Source: Polyangiaceae bacterium
Lineage (GTDB): Bacteria > Myxococcota_A > Polyangia > Polyangiales > Polyangiaceae
Assembly (NCBI GenBank): GCA_044376115.1
Contig: JBILLK010000044.1
Location: 1-47,938, forward strand
Length of the DNA: 47,938 nucleotides
Direction of reading: 5' to 3'
How positions within the stretch are numbered: position 1 is the stretch's first letter; every line of letters starts with the position of its first letter. A program made the translations under genes and the position numbers. Below the pieces are notes generated by a model. That model did not search any database and was not told the DNA's origin. It was given only the letters and a program-made list of their open reading frames with translations. Below, piece after piece: positions 46,904 through 47,938 of this stretch.

Positions 46904-47533
46904 TCAGGCCAACGGCTCGAACAGCCGCCGGCCTAGCATCTCCTTCACGCGCTGGTGGGTGCGACCTGCGGTGCGCTTCGACACATTCATCGTGGTTGCG
47001 ACCTCCTCGAGGGTGAGCCCTTCCTCATAGAACAGCCGCACGAACGTGGAAGCATCGGCCGGCAGCGAGGCGACCGCTGACCGCACCAACTCCGAGCGCG
47101 CCGCCGCACCGTGAAGCTCCTCGACCGAAGGAGCAGCCCGGTTGAGTTCCTGATGGCTGACGAACGCCGCGATACGCCCCTGGAGCGTGCCCAGCAAGGC
47201 CTGTTCGGGCGAGTCCGCTCCAAGGGTCAGCGAGTCACTGGCATCCGGACCTTCATCACGCGTTGCAAACTTGCTGAAGGAAACGGGAATCGGCGCCTGA
47301 AGCTCTTTCTTGGCGTAATCAAGCATCGCCCCAAGCACCCGCTGGTAGCAGAAGGTCGCGAAGGTGGCGCCGCGGTTGGGATCGAAACGACCTGCAAGTT
47401 CAAGCGCGACGCGGCGGCCCTCTTGGGCCAAGTCCTCCCTTCGGACCCGCGAGAAACGGCGAGCGTATTGCTGAGCATAAGCCGCGATCATGCACTCGAC
47501 CTCACGCAACAGTGCTGCGTGCGCCTGCGTCAC
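46904..47533 (-). CDS. Sigma-70 family sigma factor (FliA/WhiG-like sigma2+sigma4)
   Basis: EDLAQEG...RFDPNRGATFATFCYQRVLGAMLD and LFYEEGLTLEEVATTMNVS. Confidence 0.88.
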   Translation of the reverse strand: MTQAHAALLREVECMIAAYAQQYARRFSRVRREDLAQEGRRVALELAGRFDPNRGATFATFCYQRVLGAMLDYAKKELQAPIPVSFSKFATRDEGPDASDSLTLGADSPEQALLGTLQGRIAAFVSHQELNRAAPSVEELHGAAARSELVRSAVASLPADASTFVRLFYEEGLTLEEVATTMNVSKRTAGRTHQRVKEMLGRRLFEPLA

Positions 47534-47814
47534 TTCTGCCCTCCGCCCGTCTTCCGCCCAGCGCGTGCGAGCAGCGGATCCCCAGTTTCCTTGCTTACCT
47601 CTCCGGAACGCTCTGGGGGTACCCGCTCGAGGGTCTGTCGCAGCGCGAAACGGCCCGCTGGAGAGCCCAGCAGGTAGGCGAGCAAATCATCATGAAGCAG
47701 CTCCGCCTCCGCTTCAGTCAGCAGGTGTTTGGCGCTCGCCAACGCTTGCTCCACCGCCTTCTTTGCAGCACCAAACTCCTCCTCGGTAGCCCCCCATGCT
47801 TGTGCTTCACTCAT
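47530..47814 (-). CDS. Small hypothetical protein coupled to the sigma factor
   Basis: GAGGG then ATG at 47814, 94 aa. GTGA overlap with the sigma start. Confidence 0.65.
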   Translation of the reverse strand: MSEAQAWGATEEEFGAAKKAVEQALASAKHLLTEAEAELLHDDLLAYLLGSPAGRFALRQTLERVPPERSGEVSKETGDPLLARAGRKTGGGQK

Positions 47815-47872
47815 CGCGTCCCTCGATTCGTGCGCGCTCCAAGAATGACCAGAGCCAGAGCAGACTTGGCTG

Positions 47873-47937
47873 CCCCCCTCGGTCTCGCTTCGCTCGCCCG
47901 GTCCCCCCAAACTCGCGCGCTGCGCTCGCGGGGGGAC
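47873..47937. repeat. GC-rich palindromic element at the right edge
   Basis: GTCCCCCC (47901-47908)/GGGGGGAC (47930-47937) stem. The minus strand contains GCGAAGC (47887-47893) and GCGCAGC (47919-47925). Confidence 0.45.
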
Positions 47938-47938
47938 T

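Noticed and set aside
46904..47533. Calling the sigma factor fliA
   Set aside because: It is short, has no flagellar context, and orthology cannot be shown from the sequence.

Overview
GC-rich bacterial DNA (roughly two-thirds G+C by eye). The gene content points to a myxobacterium of the Polyangiaceae/Sorangiineae type (inference): many Cys-lipobox lipoproteins, a TolB-like Cys-rich lipoprotein, a Uma2 endonuclease and an ECF sigma factor with a C-terminal extension. About 40 CDSs, no rRNA, tRNA or CRISPR seen. Positions 0.2-31 kb hold mostly intact accessory, envelope and enzyme genes: metallophosphoesterase, DUF4185 glycosidase coupled to a sulfatase, two GMC oxidoreductases, PAP2, FAD-linked oxidase, YdeI, M29-like peptidase, acyltransferase, SDR and ECF sigma. 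Positions 31-48 kb look like a variable, decaying region: a putative antitoxin/nucleotidyltransferase pair, gene remnants, a GST-cupin-TetR operon, an O-methyltransferase, LysR, Uma2, an M48 peptidase, a type I restriction-modification locus collapsed by several internal deletions, and a small-protein/sigma-70 module. Non-coding structure includes two arrays of one ~83-bp palindromic repeat family (27.0 and 37.1 kb), a chain of cGNAg mini-hairpins at the left edge, and a 12-bp G-rich microsatellite fused to a partial copy of a gene 4 kb away. Products are called from motif recognition only; no database searches were run.
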